Source: Mytilus edulis | Lineage: Eukaryota | Direction of reading: 5' to 3' | Length of the DNA stretch: 64,000 bases | NCBI RefSeq assembly: GCF_963676685.1 | Contig: NC_092351.1 | Coordinates: 64,170,001 to 64,234,000 of the forward strand | Shown: positions 38,601-47,322 of the stretch, piece after piece | Layout of the letters: the number at the start of each line of letters is the position of its first letter | Numbering within the stretch: position 1 is the first letter of the stretch | The notes under the pieces: generated by a model | Told to the model about the DNA's origin: nothing | Seen by the model: only the letters and a program-made list of their open reading frames with translations | Database searches by the model: none | Translations under genes and position numbers: made by a program

Positions 38601-41600
38601 TCTAAAAATTGCTAACATTTGAATTCCAAAACAGTTTATCTTTCCTTTCAATCAACATAGTTAAAAAACAAGAATAAAAGCTATGAGTTATCAGGTCATG
38701 TTTGTACATATAAGACAAGAATGTGTCCAAAGTACACAGATGCCCCACTCGCACTATCATTTTCTATGTTAAGTGGACTGTGAAATTTGGATCAAAACTT
38801 TAATTTAGCAATTAAATTAGAAAGATCATAGGAAACATCAACAAAAACTACCTTGACCAAAAACTTTAACCTGAACTTTGCACTATCATTTTCTATGTTC
38901 AGTTGACTGTGAAATTTGGGTTAAAACTTCCAATTTTGCATTAAATTAGAAAGATCATATCATGGAGAATATGTGTACTAGGTTTCAAGTTGATTAAACT
39001 TCAAGTTCATCAAAAACTACATTGACCAAAAACTTTAACCTGAAGTGGGACAGACGGACTGACAGACGAACAGACAAAAGCACAGACCATAAAACATAAT
39101 GCCCCTCTACTATGAAGCTTAGGCATAAAAAATGAGATAAGGGGTAAACATCATCGAGACATTAATCCAACAATGCAAACAAAACCTTAACAACTAGTGT
39201 ACTCATCAATATACAGGTTTTAGTCTGATTTACATATGTAATACTGTGGATTCATTTATTTTCGTGGGTACCAATTTTCGTGGTTTGAGGAAAATTTACA
39301 TATTCGTGGATATTTAATTTCGTGGTTTTGGCAAAGTCTACACTCATTCCTTTAGAAAATTTGTCATTCATTGAACATTTGAATTCGTGGTTCTCTTGTA
39401 CCAACGAAATCCACGAAAATTGGTATCCAACGAATATTAATGAATCCACAGTATCAAGGAAATCCATGAAACTAACTATCAGGTTGTCTGCATATTGATA
39501 TTGTTAAATATCAGCTGTGAGTCACAAAAATGAAACTTTTTGTCCAATAAGCTCAGTGAAAGAGTTAATAAATGCATTATATTGTGTTCAACAGCTGGTA
39601 TTTTACAACATAAATTTATATGAATAAAATCTGATAACCTTTTTGTGGGATTGTATTTGTGAATTTTGCATGTGTTTTTCTTTGTTTCCCCAACCAAATT
39701 GGAAGATGACTTGATTTTCTTTGTTTCACCACAAAACCAGAAGATGACTTGATAAGTTTAGATCAAACTTAACAACATTTGATCATTCATTATGATAATT
39801 GTGATATGTCCAAAGTTATTTAAACAAGGTTAGTGTATTTGACATCACAAAGCTATGATATGCAAATTAATGAAGAGCTGAGCAGAGTGATATAGACAGT
39901 GGAAACATCAATACATGTAATAGAATATGTTGGGGCAATATGTGTCACAAATCATAAAATTCTGCAACATGGAATATTTTATGCTTGAAAGTGTAAAACA
40001 ACCTGTAAAATTCATAAGTTGCCCACAGCTAAAACAAGACTTGGATAAATCATAAAGTGACTAAGAACGATATATAACCAACAGTCATGACATTTTACAA
40101 CAGGGACAAAAACATGAAGATGATGTAGCTAAAGGCAACAAAACATATAAAGTTTCTGACTTTGGAAAGGCACTACAATTTGGGACAAAGGTTTTGCTTT
40201 TGACAATATTTGTCCATCTTCTTAAATCATTGGCCTAAACATGAAACAGGGTTAGGATTTTCATTTAAGGGGCAAAACTCCTATAAGGTGTTTTTAAGAT
40301 AAGTGCTAAACTGTCAATATGTGCCAGCCCACATCATGGGCCTGTAATGCAGCAATAGTCATTTATTGTTGAAATTCATTCTTGGTTTTGTTTGTTGTTT
40401 TGTACATAAATCAGGATATTGGCTGATTTGAATATTCTTACATTGTGTATATATGAAAGACTTGATATATTTTAATTATGCAGAGACTCAACTAAGTGTA
40501 AGCAGGTTAATTTAATTGTAGGGAATTATGACAAATGTAAATACCTGTTCCATCACTTTAAGTTTCTCTCTGACTTCATGTTCAGTGATAGTTTTAACAT
40601 TGGCTGATGAGATGGCCACAATTCTTTCTCTTTCTTTTACTTTTTCTTCTCTTTCGTGTATCTTCTTGTTTTCCATCTTTACACAGAATATTAAATATAA
40701 TTGATTTGTGATCAGAAAATATCTAATACCAAATTAAATTATCATAAACAACTTTAAATTAATAGTTTACTGGACTTTACAAAATGTCTTTTTTCCTGAT
40801 TTCCAGTGATGACAAAAGATGTGTGGCTTATATTCAAACACAGGTTATACATGGCTGATTACAGTAGTAAAATTGAGAATGGAAATGGAGAATGTGTCAA
40901 AGAGACAACAACCCCACCATAGAACAGACAACAGCAGAAGGTCACCAACAGGTCTTCAATGCAGCTAGAAAATCCTGCACCTGGAGATATCCTTCAGCTG
41001 TCCCCTGAACAAATATATATACTAGTTCAGTGATAATGAACGTCATACTAAACTTCAAATTGTACACAAGAATTGTACAGTAGTGCCCACATAAACACTA
41101 TTTAAACCATAACATATTTTGCGTCTGTACTATCAGAGTTCCTGAACTATCATTTGTTGTATTTGTTTGTTGCTTTTTGGTGGAATCAGGCATTTTTTGA
41201 CTGTTTGGTCTTTTTATGGTCCTATATTTCATGTTATTTCTTTTCTTTTTCTTTCATGTTTATATATATTTCTATCTATGTTGAAGTTTTTTTCAGATAT
41301 TCCTGAGTTATTTCCCTTTGAAAGTAACATGTGCAATATAATGATAACAATCACTTTTGCAATAATCTACTTTAAATGTAATAGCTGCATTTGAATTTCT
41401 GAAGATAAATTAACATACTATATATGCAATTTGCAATTAATTGAATGCTGGTGAATCTGAAATGAGATTGTATAGGATTAATTTTGATTCAAAAGACCCG
41501 AAATCACCCTTTTTCACAGTGAATACCTCAGCATGAGGCAAATGTGATATTTGACAATAGTTGTATGTGTGTAAAGCAGGTTCAGATAAATAAGTGAATA

Positions 41601-44600
41601 TCCATAGATTTGATACTACCTTTAACTTATCACTGATAACTTGTAGTTCTTTATATATATCTTTGATGTTTTCTTCTTTCGATTTATTGAACTCATCTAC
41701 AAAAAAATACAATATAATTTAAATTAACACTGACATCTTTACTTTAATTACAACAAAGCTTTATTCTTTATGGAGAATAACATACTGGTGGCAGGAGTCA
41801 AGAATCACTATCCTTAAGTAGATAATTATATAATATATCAAGCTTTAAGGCACCTGTACTTTGGATGGGCACAGTAACAAGTAAGTTTTCAAACGTTCCA
41901 CTTTTTAATTTCCAACAGGTGAATGACAAAATTTCTGCTCAGTGTTGAAGACCTCACTTTGACTTTGAGATTAAAAACAGCAGAACAGTGATGTTTCTTT
42001 GCTTTTGTGTGTTTGTTTTTGCTGTGCATTTACTGATTTTGTTTTATGGATGGACACCCCATGTTCTTTCTTTTCTATTAGCAAAATGAAAAAAAAGGAA
42101 AAGCTAAGCTTTACTTGGAAAATGGTTTTGCTATATATATAGATATATGAAGATGTGGTATGATTAGAGTATGTTTGGCCTTCTGTGTCCCTTGGTTGCT
42201 GTCTCAATAGTGTGTATTCAACATTTTGCTTTATTAATATCAGTACCAAGATGTCTTTCTGATATGATTGTGTTATCAAACATGTTTCGGGTTAGGGATA
42301 AGGCCTGTTAAAACATTTAAACCAGATGCATTTGTTTGCACCAGTCCTAAGTCAGGAACTTGTTGTTCAGAAGTTGATGTTTGTTGATGTGGTTCATAAA
42401 TGTTTCAAGTTTTATTTTTTTTATATAGATTAGACCGTTAGTTTTCCTGTTTGAATGGTTTTACACTTTTCATTTTTGGGGCCCCTTACAGCTTGTTGTT
42501 CAGTGTGAGCCAAGGCTCTATGTTGAATGCCATACTGTGGCCTATAATGGTTTACTTTTTACAAATGGGACTTGGATGGAGATTTGTCTTATTTGTACTC
42601 ATACCACATCTTCTTATCATGGTGATATATATAGCAACATGTATATATATAAACACACAACAAGTTTTGCCATTGTTTAAGCAAAACTGATTGATCAGAT
42701 AAACAATTTTGTGGCTATTTTTTTTTAAAGTTACTTACACTCATAAACACACAAGATTACCAAGTAACAATTTTGATCAGATCAGACAAACAAAGTTCTG
42801 TGTAGTCAGATATTCTAAAGTAATATACACAAAAACACAAGCACTTAGTTTGTCCAATAAAAACTGAAAATATAAACAATGGTGTATTACATTTTTAATG
42901 CTATTATTATTTCCATTAATTAAATTATACCTTCAGCTTCATCAGCAGTATGGTCAGAGTGGTAATGATTTCTCTTTTTTCTCTGATGTTTTGGATGTTT
43001 TCGTTGTTTTGCTTCATTCAGGTAGAAATCTGACAAACTGTCCGACTCAATGATTTGTCCATGTGGATTGTCATCTGGTGGATTAATAGGGGTCACTGTG
43101 GAATCTGAAAATAAATGAAGTACTTCATGGCTGAGTATATATTTATATAGAGTAATTAGTACAAACATTTTAGATGTCAAATAGAATCCCCAGGGGCCAG
43201 GAAGACAGAAACTTAAAAAAAAATAACACTTTGTAGCTGTAATTCATAGAGCTATTTTGGGTTCACCAAATATAATAAAACCTTGGACCTACATGTAAAA
43301 TATTGTGAATATCTATAAATGTATGTGGAAAACCTCATCAAAGATACTGGTCCTATAATTCGGTATGTCAGATACACACTTCATCTAAATAAAAGTTATC
43401 ACAGTTGAAAGGCCTAAAATAAAATTCAAATTTAAAAGCTTTAAAAAAAAGAAGGTTCATGAAAGTTGTCCAAAACACAGCTATAAAGGTAATCTGTGCA
43501 TGGAGGTTACTGGTAGACAAAGATCAGTGTTTCATGACTCAACATTTTTATATAAAAGTCAGTTACAGAAAATGACATTTCATGTCAACACAAAATTACT
43601 GACTTTTGGACTAGTAAAACCATATAGGGGATGAAATGTCTACCAGAAGTGTTATTGGCCCAGTCAATAGAAACAGATACTATGTTTAAAATATGTGTTT
43701 AGTCTAGAAAGATGCCTGACTGACCCATACTTCTTGAAGAAAAACATTTGGGAGGCAAATAGAAGCTTTTATTTGATTATGCTCATGTAGGAAATAACTC
43801 AAGGTTATCAGTCACTAGGTGTTTTTCTTTCATTATATCTTTATAAATAAATTTGGTGTATTTACTGTCTTCTGATTGGTTAAAAGTATTAGTTTTATTT
43901 TCAATGTTGTCAATTTTTATGGCGACATGCCCACTTTGACGTTGTGTATTCATACGCCAACATGTGTACATACGTACATTGTTATTGTTAATATAAAAAA
44001 TATAAAAAGTTCTTTGAGCCTTATTTTTGACAGAAATTTATTTATAATGAATGGCAATAATTTATTTTGAATTTATTGACCCATAAAATTAATTTTTGAC
44101 GCTTCACATTTTACATAAAAGAGGGACGAAAGATACCAAAGGGACAGTCAAACTCATAAATCTAAAACAAACTGACAACACCATGGCTAAAAATGAAAAA
44201 GACAAACAGAAAAACAATAGTACACATGACACAACATAGAAAACTAAAGAATAAACAACACGCGGATTATTCAATGTAAAGAGTCCAAAATTAATTTTAT
44301 GGTTCAATAAATTCAAAATAAATAATAGCCATTCATCAAATAAACATCTATATGGTTTAGTCATTTGAGATTTTGGTGTCTAATCTGTTATAGTCTCAGT
44401 AAGACTAATTCATATTTATTTTAAACAAAGAACACATATTATTTAGAATTAACAGGCTGCATGTAGGTTGTTGTTTGGAATTTTGTGTTGTTTGATTGTC
44501 TCATTATAATAATCTGTTCTTTCAGATAAGGGTGAAGGTTTGGTACCATTAAAACGTTTAAAACCGCTGCAATCGTTTGCACCTGTCATAAGTCAGGAAT

Positions 44601-47169
44601 CTGATGTTCAGTAGTTTGTTGATGTGGTTCATAAGTGTTTCTCATTTCTCGATTTTTTTATAGAGATTAACCCGTTGGTTTTCCCATTTGAATGTACACT
44701 AGTAATTTTTTGGGGCCCTTTATAGCTTGCTGTTTGGTGTGAGCCAAGGCTCCATGTTGAAGACCGTACCTTGACTTATAATGGTTTACTTTTATAAATT
44801 GTGATTTGGATGGAGAGTTGTCACTCATTGGCACTCATACCACATCTTCTTATATCTTTAAATATAAATCCTTTGACAGCACTACAACAATTCTGTGTTA
44901 TTTTGTATATCTTACCAATATCGCTATCATCACTTTCTGTGAAGTCCATTTTCTTTGGTCTGAAAATTCCTTTACTCATCCTGAAAGCATATAATTTTAA
45001 ATTGTAATGACAAATGTAGCCAATATTCATCTTGTTCAGGACCATTCAATAATAGTGTGTGTACAATGAGTGTTTCAGTTACTGGGGATTCATAATTATT
45101 CGTTGCCGTTGGATACCAAATTACCATTATTCATGGGTTTCATGGGAACAGGTGAACCATGAATTCAAACATGTCAAATGTTCAACAAATAACATATTTT
45201 CAATAGTTCATGTATACAGAGATATATATAGGCAAAACCACAAATTCAAATATCCTCGAATATTGAAGTGTTCAGCAATCCACGAAAATTGATACCCATG
45301 AAAATAAATGAACCCAAAGTAGTATTAAAAACAAAAATTGTGTAGGGAAGAAAAAAAGAAAAATCTTTCTTGTCCTGAATTATTCTGAAGTTACTATTAA
45401 AGATGACTAGTAAACAGTTCTTAATATTTTTAGTAATCAGAAACTTCTAAATTCTAGTGTGTGAATTGATTTATTTCAATGAATTTTATAGAACTAAGGC
45501 CAACCACTTTCTTTTGACGTGGCTAATTCATTATCATGATTTTGGAGTTTTAAAGTGAAGTTCAAGTTTGAAAGTGTGGTAAACATTCAAAATACATTTC
45601 ATATGGAGATATTGCAATACATGTACATGTATTTGTGTTTTATTATCATTTATAATAAATATGAAACTGTTTTTTCAATCTTGGTTATCTGCTACATGAG
45701 CCAATTCATTGATATCTGTTTTCTTAAAAACACATTCTCATCCTTCACGTTTGCACCCTTCGTGTTCACCACCTGGGTTTGATGGCACCTTATTTTTTAT
45801 TCAAATACAGATTAAATTATTAGATGTATATATCTTTTCATGAATAAAATTTCATAAAATTGAGAATGGAAATGGGGAATGTTGTCAGACTTTTTTAGTA
45901 AAATATTTTTAGGGGTTATATAGACATGATAGACAGATCTATAGACAAATGATAGATATGACATGATTAATAATTATATATGATTGCTATTAATTGGTAT
46001 CAGAGACATATACTATTCTATAACATATCATACTATAATTGTCTCTTTTTTAATTGGTATTCACAAAACCAATAAGGTATTATTGTAATGTGTTTGAAAA
46101 TCATGACTGGTGTTAAAACTAGCTTTAGTGTAGAACGAAATAAAAGTAGTTTGGTAGAAGTAAAAACAATGAAGATTCCTACCATATGTCATGGGACAGG
46201 CACATACAGAATTTGGCGGGTTAAACCTGTTTACATACATGTATATGTGATGGGATTGCTTCCCTGAAGTAAAAAATGTGGTAGATACTTAGCCAGCTGT
46301 AAGCGATTGAGCTAAGGAAGTACTTCTTAAGCTTAGTTGGTTGACTCAGGGTAACACGAATGACCGAATAACACTTGAAATTTTAATATTAGCACATATT
46401 GGTGACTTTTAAACATTGATTATTAAATATTAATATATTATCGATGTATTTTACAACTTAAAAATGAATACCAGAAAGAAGATAAGTTCATAAAGATCAT
46501 TTAAAATTTAGTGTGTACATGTACATTGAACATGGCTGCCATTGTGATTTCCGTGGTCACCATATTGGATGCACACACTAAATTTTAGTAGTTTTTTATG
46601 AGCTTATGTGCCTTCTATAAATCATTTATGAGTTATAAAATACATCGATAATATACTATTATTTAATAATCAATGTTTAAAAGTCACCAATATGTGCTAA
46701 TTTTAAAATTTAAAGTTCTATTCGGTCATTACAAGTGTTATTCGGATAATAACACTGTTATTCGGTCATTCGAGGTACTGGTTGACTCAGAAGTCCCAGG
46801 TTTGAGTCTCGGTGGAGTCAAGCGATTTTGTTATGAAATTCATGCTCTCCTATTACATATAAAAGCCTGTTATACTTCGCATTATGATTATTTTTAACAG
46901 ATTTTACCCTTTTTAAAATTAAACACCTGATTCATGTTCATTATGTTTATTTACTCAACCTGTTGTTCTTGTCTGAACAAGAATTTAAACAGAACCCCAA
47001 ATGAAAACAGCATTTCTGCTTTAATTCTACTAAAATCTTATAATCAAAAGACTATACTAAAGCGAGCTTTGTTATTGAGAAGTAGCATGAAGTATTTAAG
47101 AGCGCTTAAGCGATAAAATGTCACTTAAAGTTTGAAAATTCTACATTTGTTTATAGTTTCTTACGCCAT
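14459..47169 (-). CDS. CCDC138: Coiled-coil domain-containing protein 138, 14 coding exons, 572 aa
   Basis: Exons 47165-47169, 44916-44980, 42931-43104, 41620-41696, 40545-40676, 24040-24159, 22421-22498, 21285-21404, 19810-19959, 19087-19209, 17786-17996, 16372-16496, 15276-15466, 14459-14606 join in frame (1719 nt). Motifs VQARLTNLQRK, LLDWI, FIYWSL, STLRRLGEE, YQATPVVL, LEKLSIILQKLSK, AFLALNLKSILFNL match my recollection of vertebrate CCDC138. Confidence 0.9.
15276..15466 (-). CDS. CCDC138: CCDC138 exon 13
   Basis: AG/GTAAGT; AFMGAAMDIFLQL...LEKLSIILQKLSKF. Confidence 0.9.
16372..16496 (-). CDS. CCDC138: CCDC138 exon 12
   Basis: AG/GT; DLVAHVFDVLKNDLK...YQATPVVLQYLKPINK. Confidence 0.88.
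17369..17650 (+). mobile_element. Short non-autonomous Helentron-like element (HINE type)
   Basis: T-rich start with atgcccc subterminal repeat mirrored by ggggcat near the 3' end, microsatellite-like stretch; inverted family member at 38714-39131. Confidence 0.6.
17786..17996 (-). CDS. CCDC138: CCDC138 exon 11
   Basis: AG/GTAAGT; KSNLSSTLRRLGEELY...RLLSSLIILKTLSQ. Confidence 0.88.
19087..19209 (-). CDS. CCDC138: CCDC138 exon 10
   Basis: AG/GTAAGT; ILPTSVDML...LQFIYWSLINVEQASGQQ. Confidence 0.87.
19440..19643. mobile_element. TA-flanked MITE (ctgtggattcatt...aatgaatc.cag family)
   Basis: Inverted termini; same family as 39244-39451 and degenerate 45080-45322. Confidence 0.7.
19810..19959 (-). 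CDS. CCDC138: CCDC138 exon 9
   Basis: AG/GT; ...YDIMGILLDWICDAHL...ERVLK. Confidence 0.85.
20934..21260 (+). mobile_element. tRNA-derived SINE, diverged copy
   Basis: Colinear with the reverse complement of 11776-12124. Confidence 0.75.
21285..21404 (-). CDS. CCDC138: CCDC138 exon 8
   Basis: AG/GT; RKQDFTERQKE...QKEKK. Confidence 0.82.
21507..21800 (+). repeat. Unclassified dispersed repeat family B
   Basis: aaatcactaaaatactgaact...tggcaaaatcaaa...ggtacaggcatttt; related copies at about 18115-18430(-) and 61995-62200(+). Confidence 0.7.
22421..22498 (-). CDS. CCDC138: CCDC138 exon 7
   Basis: AG/GTAAG; FETLQSQHDKLEKQAVSVQARLTNLQ. Confidence 0.87.
24040..24159 (-). CDS. CCDC138: CCDC138 exon 6 (probable GC donor)
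   Basis: KYKEEIVKIEIQLKEKIKENRRLKDNFETLVKANDAMKKD followed by gcaagt. Confidence 0.82.
24974..26692 (+). CDS. RING-less TRIM-like protein, 572 aa, nested antisense in CCDC138 intron 5
   Basis: ATG 24974 (MSISGAICMAQESTVC aligns with MSLSRSVQKAQSTATC of the pseudogene; the ORF-track start at 24968 is TTG); two B-boxes, coiled coil, NHL-like blades (FYPQDITFTSAGLILACD, PASLDVDDQGILWVG). Confidence 0.9.
   Translation: MSISGAICMAQESTVCGICEESSILKWICIECDLYLCQDCYVKFHSKSKTLVHHLVMDIKEYGTEQTLDKILKVKLKEINCDGSEHCDQKCSIFCSDCDKPICFSCVICHKYHDLHKLSEIFEQKMTKLKDLRVKSEQNISVGEHEEQELQVMLSKGSKQFDDTKTEILHNQKIYTDLIQKHFDNLLKDAENQWNLTRETINRELELIQRNIQQMEAQKKKIDQIFNPQKISEILTSNHSNISQILPSKSVYQMSLQQAKFIHGFLSKDSCDRCYYLNGRLYKGPHYKMIGSYSTKMRNLSKIIHLQNSSCIIANYNEELLQKVKFDSNEIKVENEIKTKVFDLAMIPDGRLLLSKETSDLELINIDGGKELFHSFSPFLTFGVCVHKEDLFVGVAKSLQKSVYQDGRIVLLDMKGQVKCTFGKEHKSGEPLFICPTRIAANSEIICVINTLKRNKDNHMLQGGRIVGLNHKGEEKWSYSDKSGAVTGRFYPQDITFTSAGLILACDYLDNSIHAINKDGDVTGWIDVQDIGFPMFPASLDVDDQGILWVGCGIRGSNEEVKTHKIYSFKFS
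27066..27204. repeat. Long imperfect palindrome (hairpin-type repeat)
   Basis: gttacatagtgtgctagtgac...ggggtcagtaaattccatat / atatggaatttactgacccc...gtcactagcacactatgtaac. Confidence 0.8.
27229..27408 (+). repeat. Dispersed repeat family C (aaaagagggacgaaagatacc...)
   Basis: Near-identical copy at 44117-44262; diverged copy at about 14680-14900. Confidence 0.8.
28905..29708. mobile_element. Non-autonomous hAT element
   Basis: TIR cagggttggcaaa / tttgccaaccctg; 8-bp TSD gttctaac at 28897-28904 and 29709-29716; subterminal aatactggg repeats. Confidence 0.88.
30971..32689 (+). CDS. RING-less TRIM-like protein, 572 aa, nested antisense in CCDC138 intron 5
   Basis: CQMC..WMCIECNLFFCAEC B-box1; CEVH..CQDC..CTNC..HEEH B-box2; shares FHSFSPLKTFGIHVN and CPTRIVT with paralogs. 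Confidence 0.9.
   Translation: MAQKQTPLNKEVKIPTLCQMCDESSNIKWMCIECNLFFCAECESKFHKKSKTLAGHNKIDIEQCGTENIAKAIHKAGLQNMNCEVHSDLICVLFCQDCQQPVCTNCVLANSHEEHKLFSISDVYDEKFCEMDDFHKKVRKNILFCSNVQIDLKQILDSGMKRYTEQKEKLLTKEADFLTESKKNTKTILDKLDSEWKTLEGTLKQEINVMKTIKNQMEKEREAFSNIASPTEMLTRLYPLSENKHSPKKSVYQMVLKQISYNQKYEIKQFDIKRLFERFLWEKKGLIFQMKKSYPTKLKGISKVVLLDNNQALIASEKDAIVLKIQFDNKDIKILKTLPETRAYDMAKFQNGDIIISVQESQLKLFSEKETLKPFHSFSPLKTFGIHVNEESEILVGISSGLPDKEEQISKPGKIVVLSSEGSVKRTYGYDKKTNSKEFLCTCPTRIVTNQDNTISFIDILKKGKNGFYDGRIVNIDQEGKLKWTYEEKYGLRPTEIVPMNTASCLLVVTAGLDFCTLSQNGSVLTKSNHLNIEDITEISLAVDKEMKLYVGEKNRHKTFWPYVKFHIFEFT
33022..33579 (+). mobile_element. Non-LTR retrozyme: ~351-bp tandem repeat (1.6 units) with type I hammerhead ribozymes
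   Basis: CTGATGA-GTCT-tatgt-AGAC-GAAA-C at 33172 and 33523; direct-repeat period 351. Confidence 0.8.
33166..33209 (+). ncRNA. Minimal type I hammerhead ribozyme (predicted cleavage after GTC at 33203)
   Basis: Intact core CUGAUGA/GAAA/GUC, 4-bp stem II, short stem III AC-augc-GU, stem I gcauca/uggcgu with one mismatch. Confidence 0.75.
34073..35157. mobile_element. Non-autonomous TTAA-targeting DNA transposon (Kolobok-like)
   Basis: ttaa|agggatagtagctacgatttt ... aaaatcgtagctactatccgt|ttaa; CpG-richer interior. Confidence 0.8.
36149..37927 (+). CDS. RING-less TRIM-like protein, 592 aa, nested antisense in CCDC138 intron 5
   Basis: First ATG at 36149 (MASIKPEE; the ORF-track start at 36131 is TTG); two B-boxes, coiled coil, propeller; closest paralog of 873-2957. 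Confidence 0.9.
   Translation: MASIKPEEGCFTIPSKCQICDNSSILKWMCSECDLYFCANCELKFHRKNKILSGHTKIDIENCDTENITEIIRKAEVEGVTCESHSKQKCDLFCKDCHNPICKICVSMGSHKNHELVSIEDIFKEKSIERKDFQNRIESSIKHCTQTANDLEYMLEKATEKYNTTRKNILCTERQLLSQTKEYFKSQVEEIKSEWENIEESVNKEMKKVDRVKGQLDEEDEILSQDITPFEVLTRKHQKNIFYKVNDSIFHKKLQQTFYTIIEETRRVTLTNEIGFLFELNLLKGPNFKQTASFETKCKSISKLILMDNSKAVIASYKDEILQRIQFEKSELKVEQEMSNTKIFDMDIMQNGDILLSVEECELKLFKENEIAEHAPFHPFSPLKTFGVHVNRENEIIVGISAGFPNEKDEVSKPGKIVVLNSKGSIKIKHEFDQGKYRDQLCVCPTRIVTNLDNTICFIDIYKKEYYGDGYDKKINNKGRIVGIDQEGKVKWTYHGTGLQQSSSSYFLCPKDIAVINSAGCILIYDAPIGLFQTFHIISQDGSAIGYSDLRLTNLGHNVDDLGSLAIDKDQKLYVGSDETYRSAKIHIFEFI
38714..39131 (-). mobile_element. Short HINE-type element with an internal ~130-bp duplication
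   Basis: Reverse complement of the 17369-17650 family; gaca/gacg microsatellite; absent at the equivalent site (~4195) of the duplicate block. Confidence 0.65.
39244..39451. mobile_element. TA-flanked MITE
   Basis: ta|ctgtggattcatt ... aatgaatccacag|ta; absent at the equivalent site (~4290) of the duplicate block. Confidence 0.8.
40545..40676 (-). CDS. CCDC138: CCDC138 exon 5
   Basis: AG/GT, phase 0-0; MENKKIHEREEKVKERE...KVMEQ. Confidence 0.85.
40870..41070 (+). repeat. Unclassified dispersed repeat family D (aattgagaatggaaatggggaatgtgtcaaagagacaac)
   Basis: Related pieces at about 18546, 38293, 45856 (+) and 22160-22290 (-). Confidence 0.7.
41620..41696 (-). CDS. CCDC138: CCDC138 exon 4
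   Basis: AG/GT; EFNKSKEENIKDIYKELQVISDKLK. Confidence 0.82.
42931..43104 (-). CDS. CCDC138: CCDC138 exon 3
   Basis: tttcag/GT, phase 1-1; STVTPINPPDDNP...HTADEAE. Confidence 0.75.
44916..44980 (-). CDS. CCDC138: CCDC138 exon 2
   Basis: tttcag/GTAAG; MSKGIFRPKKMDFTESDDSDI. Confidence 0.75.
46350..46778. mobile_element. Foldback / Mutator-like MITE in CCDC138 intron 1
   Basis: ~170-bp imperfect inverted arms; flanked by direct repeat tggttgactcag at 46338-46349 and 46779-46790. Confidence 0.7.
47165..47169 (-). CDS. CCDC138: CCDC138 exon 1 coding part (ATG GC)
   Basis: caagATGGC|gtaag; phase 2 fits exon 2. Confidence 0.65.
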
Positions 47170-47322
47170 CTTGTTTTTTTCTGCAGGATTCATTCTTGTT
47201 TCTCTGGAGTTTCCCTTAGACTCGATAATACTACTAGAAGTATCCCGAAAAATAAGACATTCGAACATCTCTAGACTTATTCAGACGGTAGAGAAAAAGG
47301 TCAAGGACAAACCGCGGGGAAA
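47170..47322. promoter_or_regulatory. Putative compact bidirectional promoter, CCDC138 / NAXD
   Basis: 153 bp between divergent ATGs; locally CpG-richer; YY1-like AAGATGGCG overlaps the CCDC138 start. Confidence 0.6.

Noticed and set aside
45700-45790. Possible extra CCDC138 exon in intron 1
   Set aside because: Exons 1 and 2 already join in frame and no convincing splice pair was found
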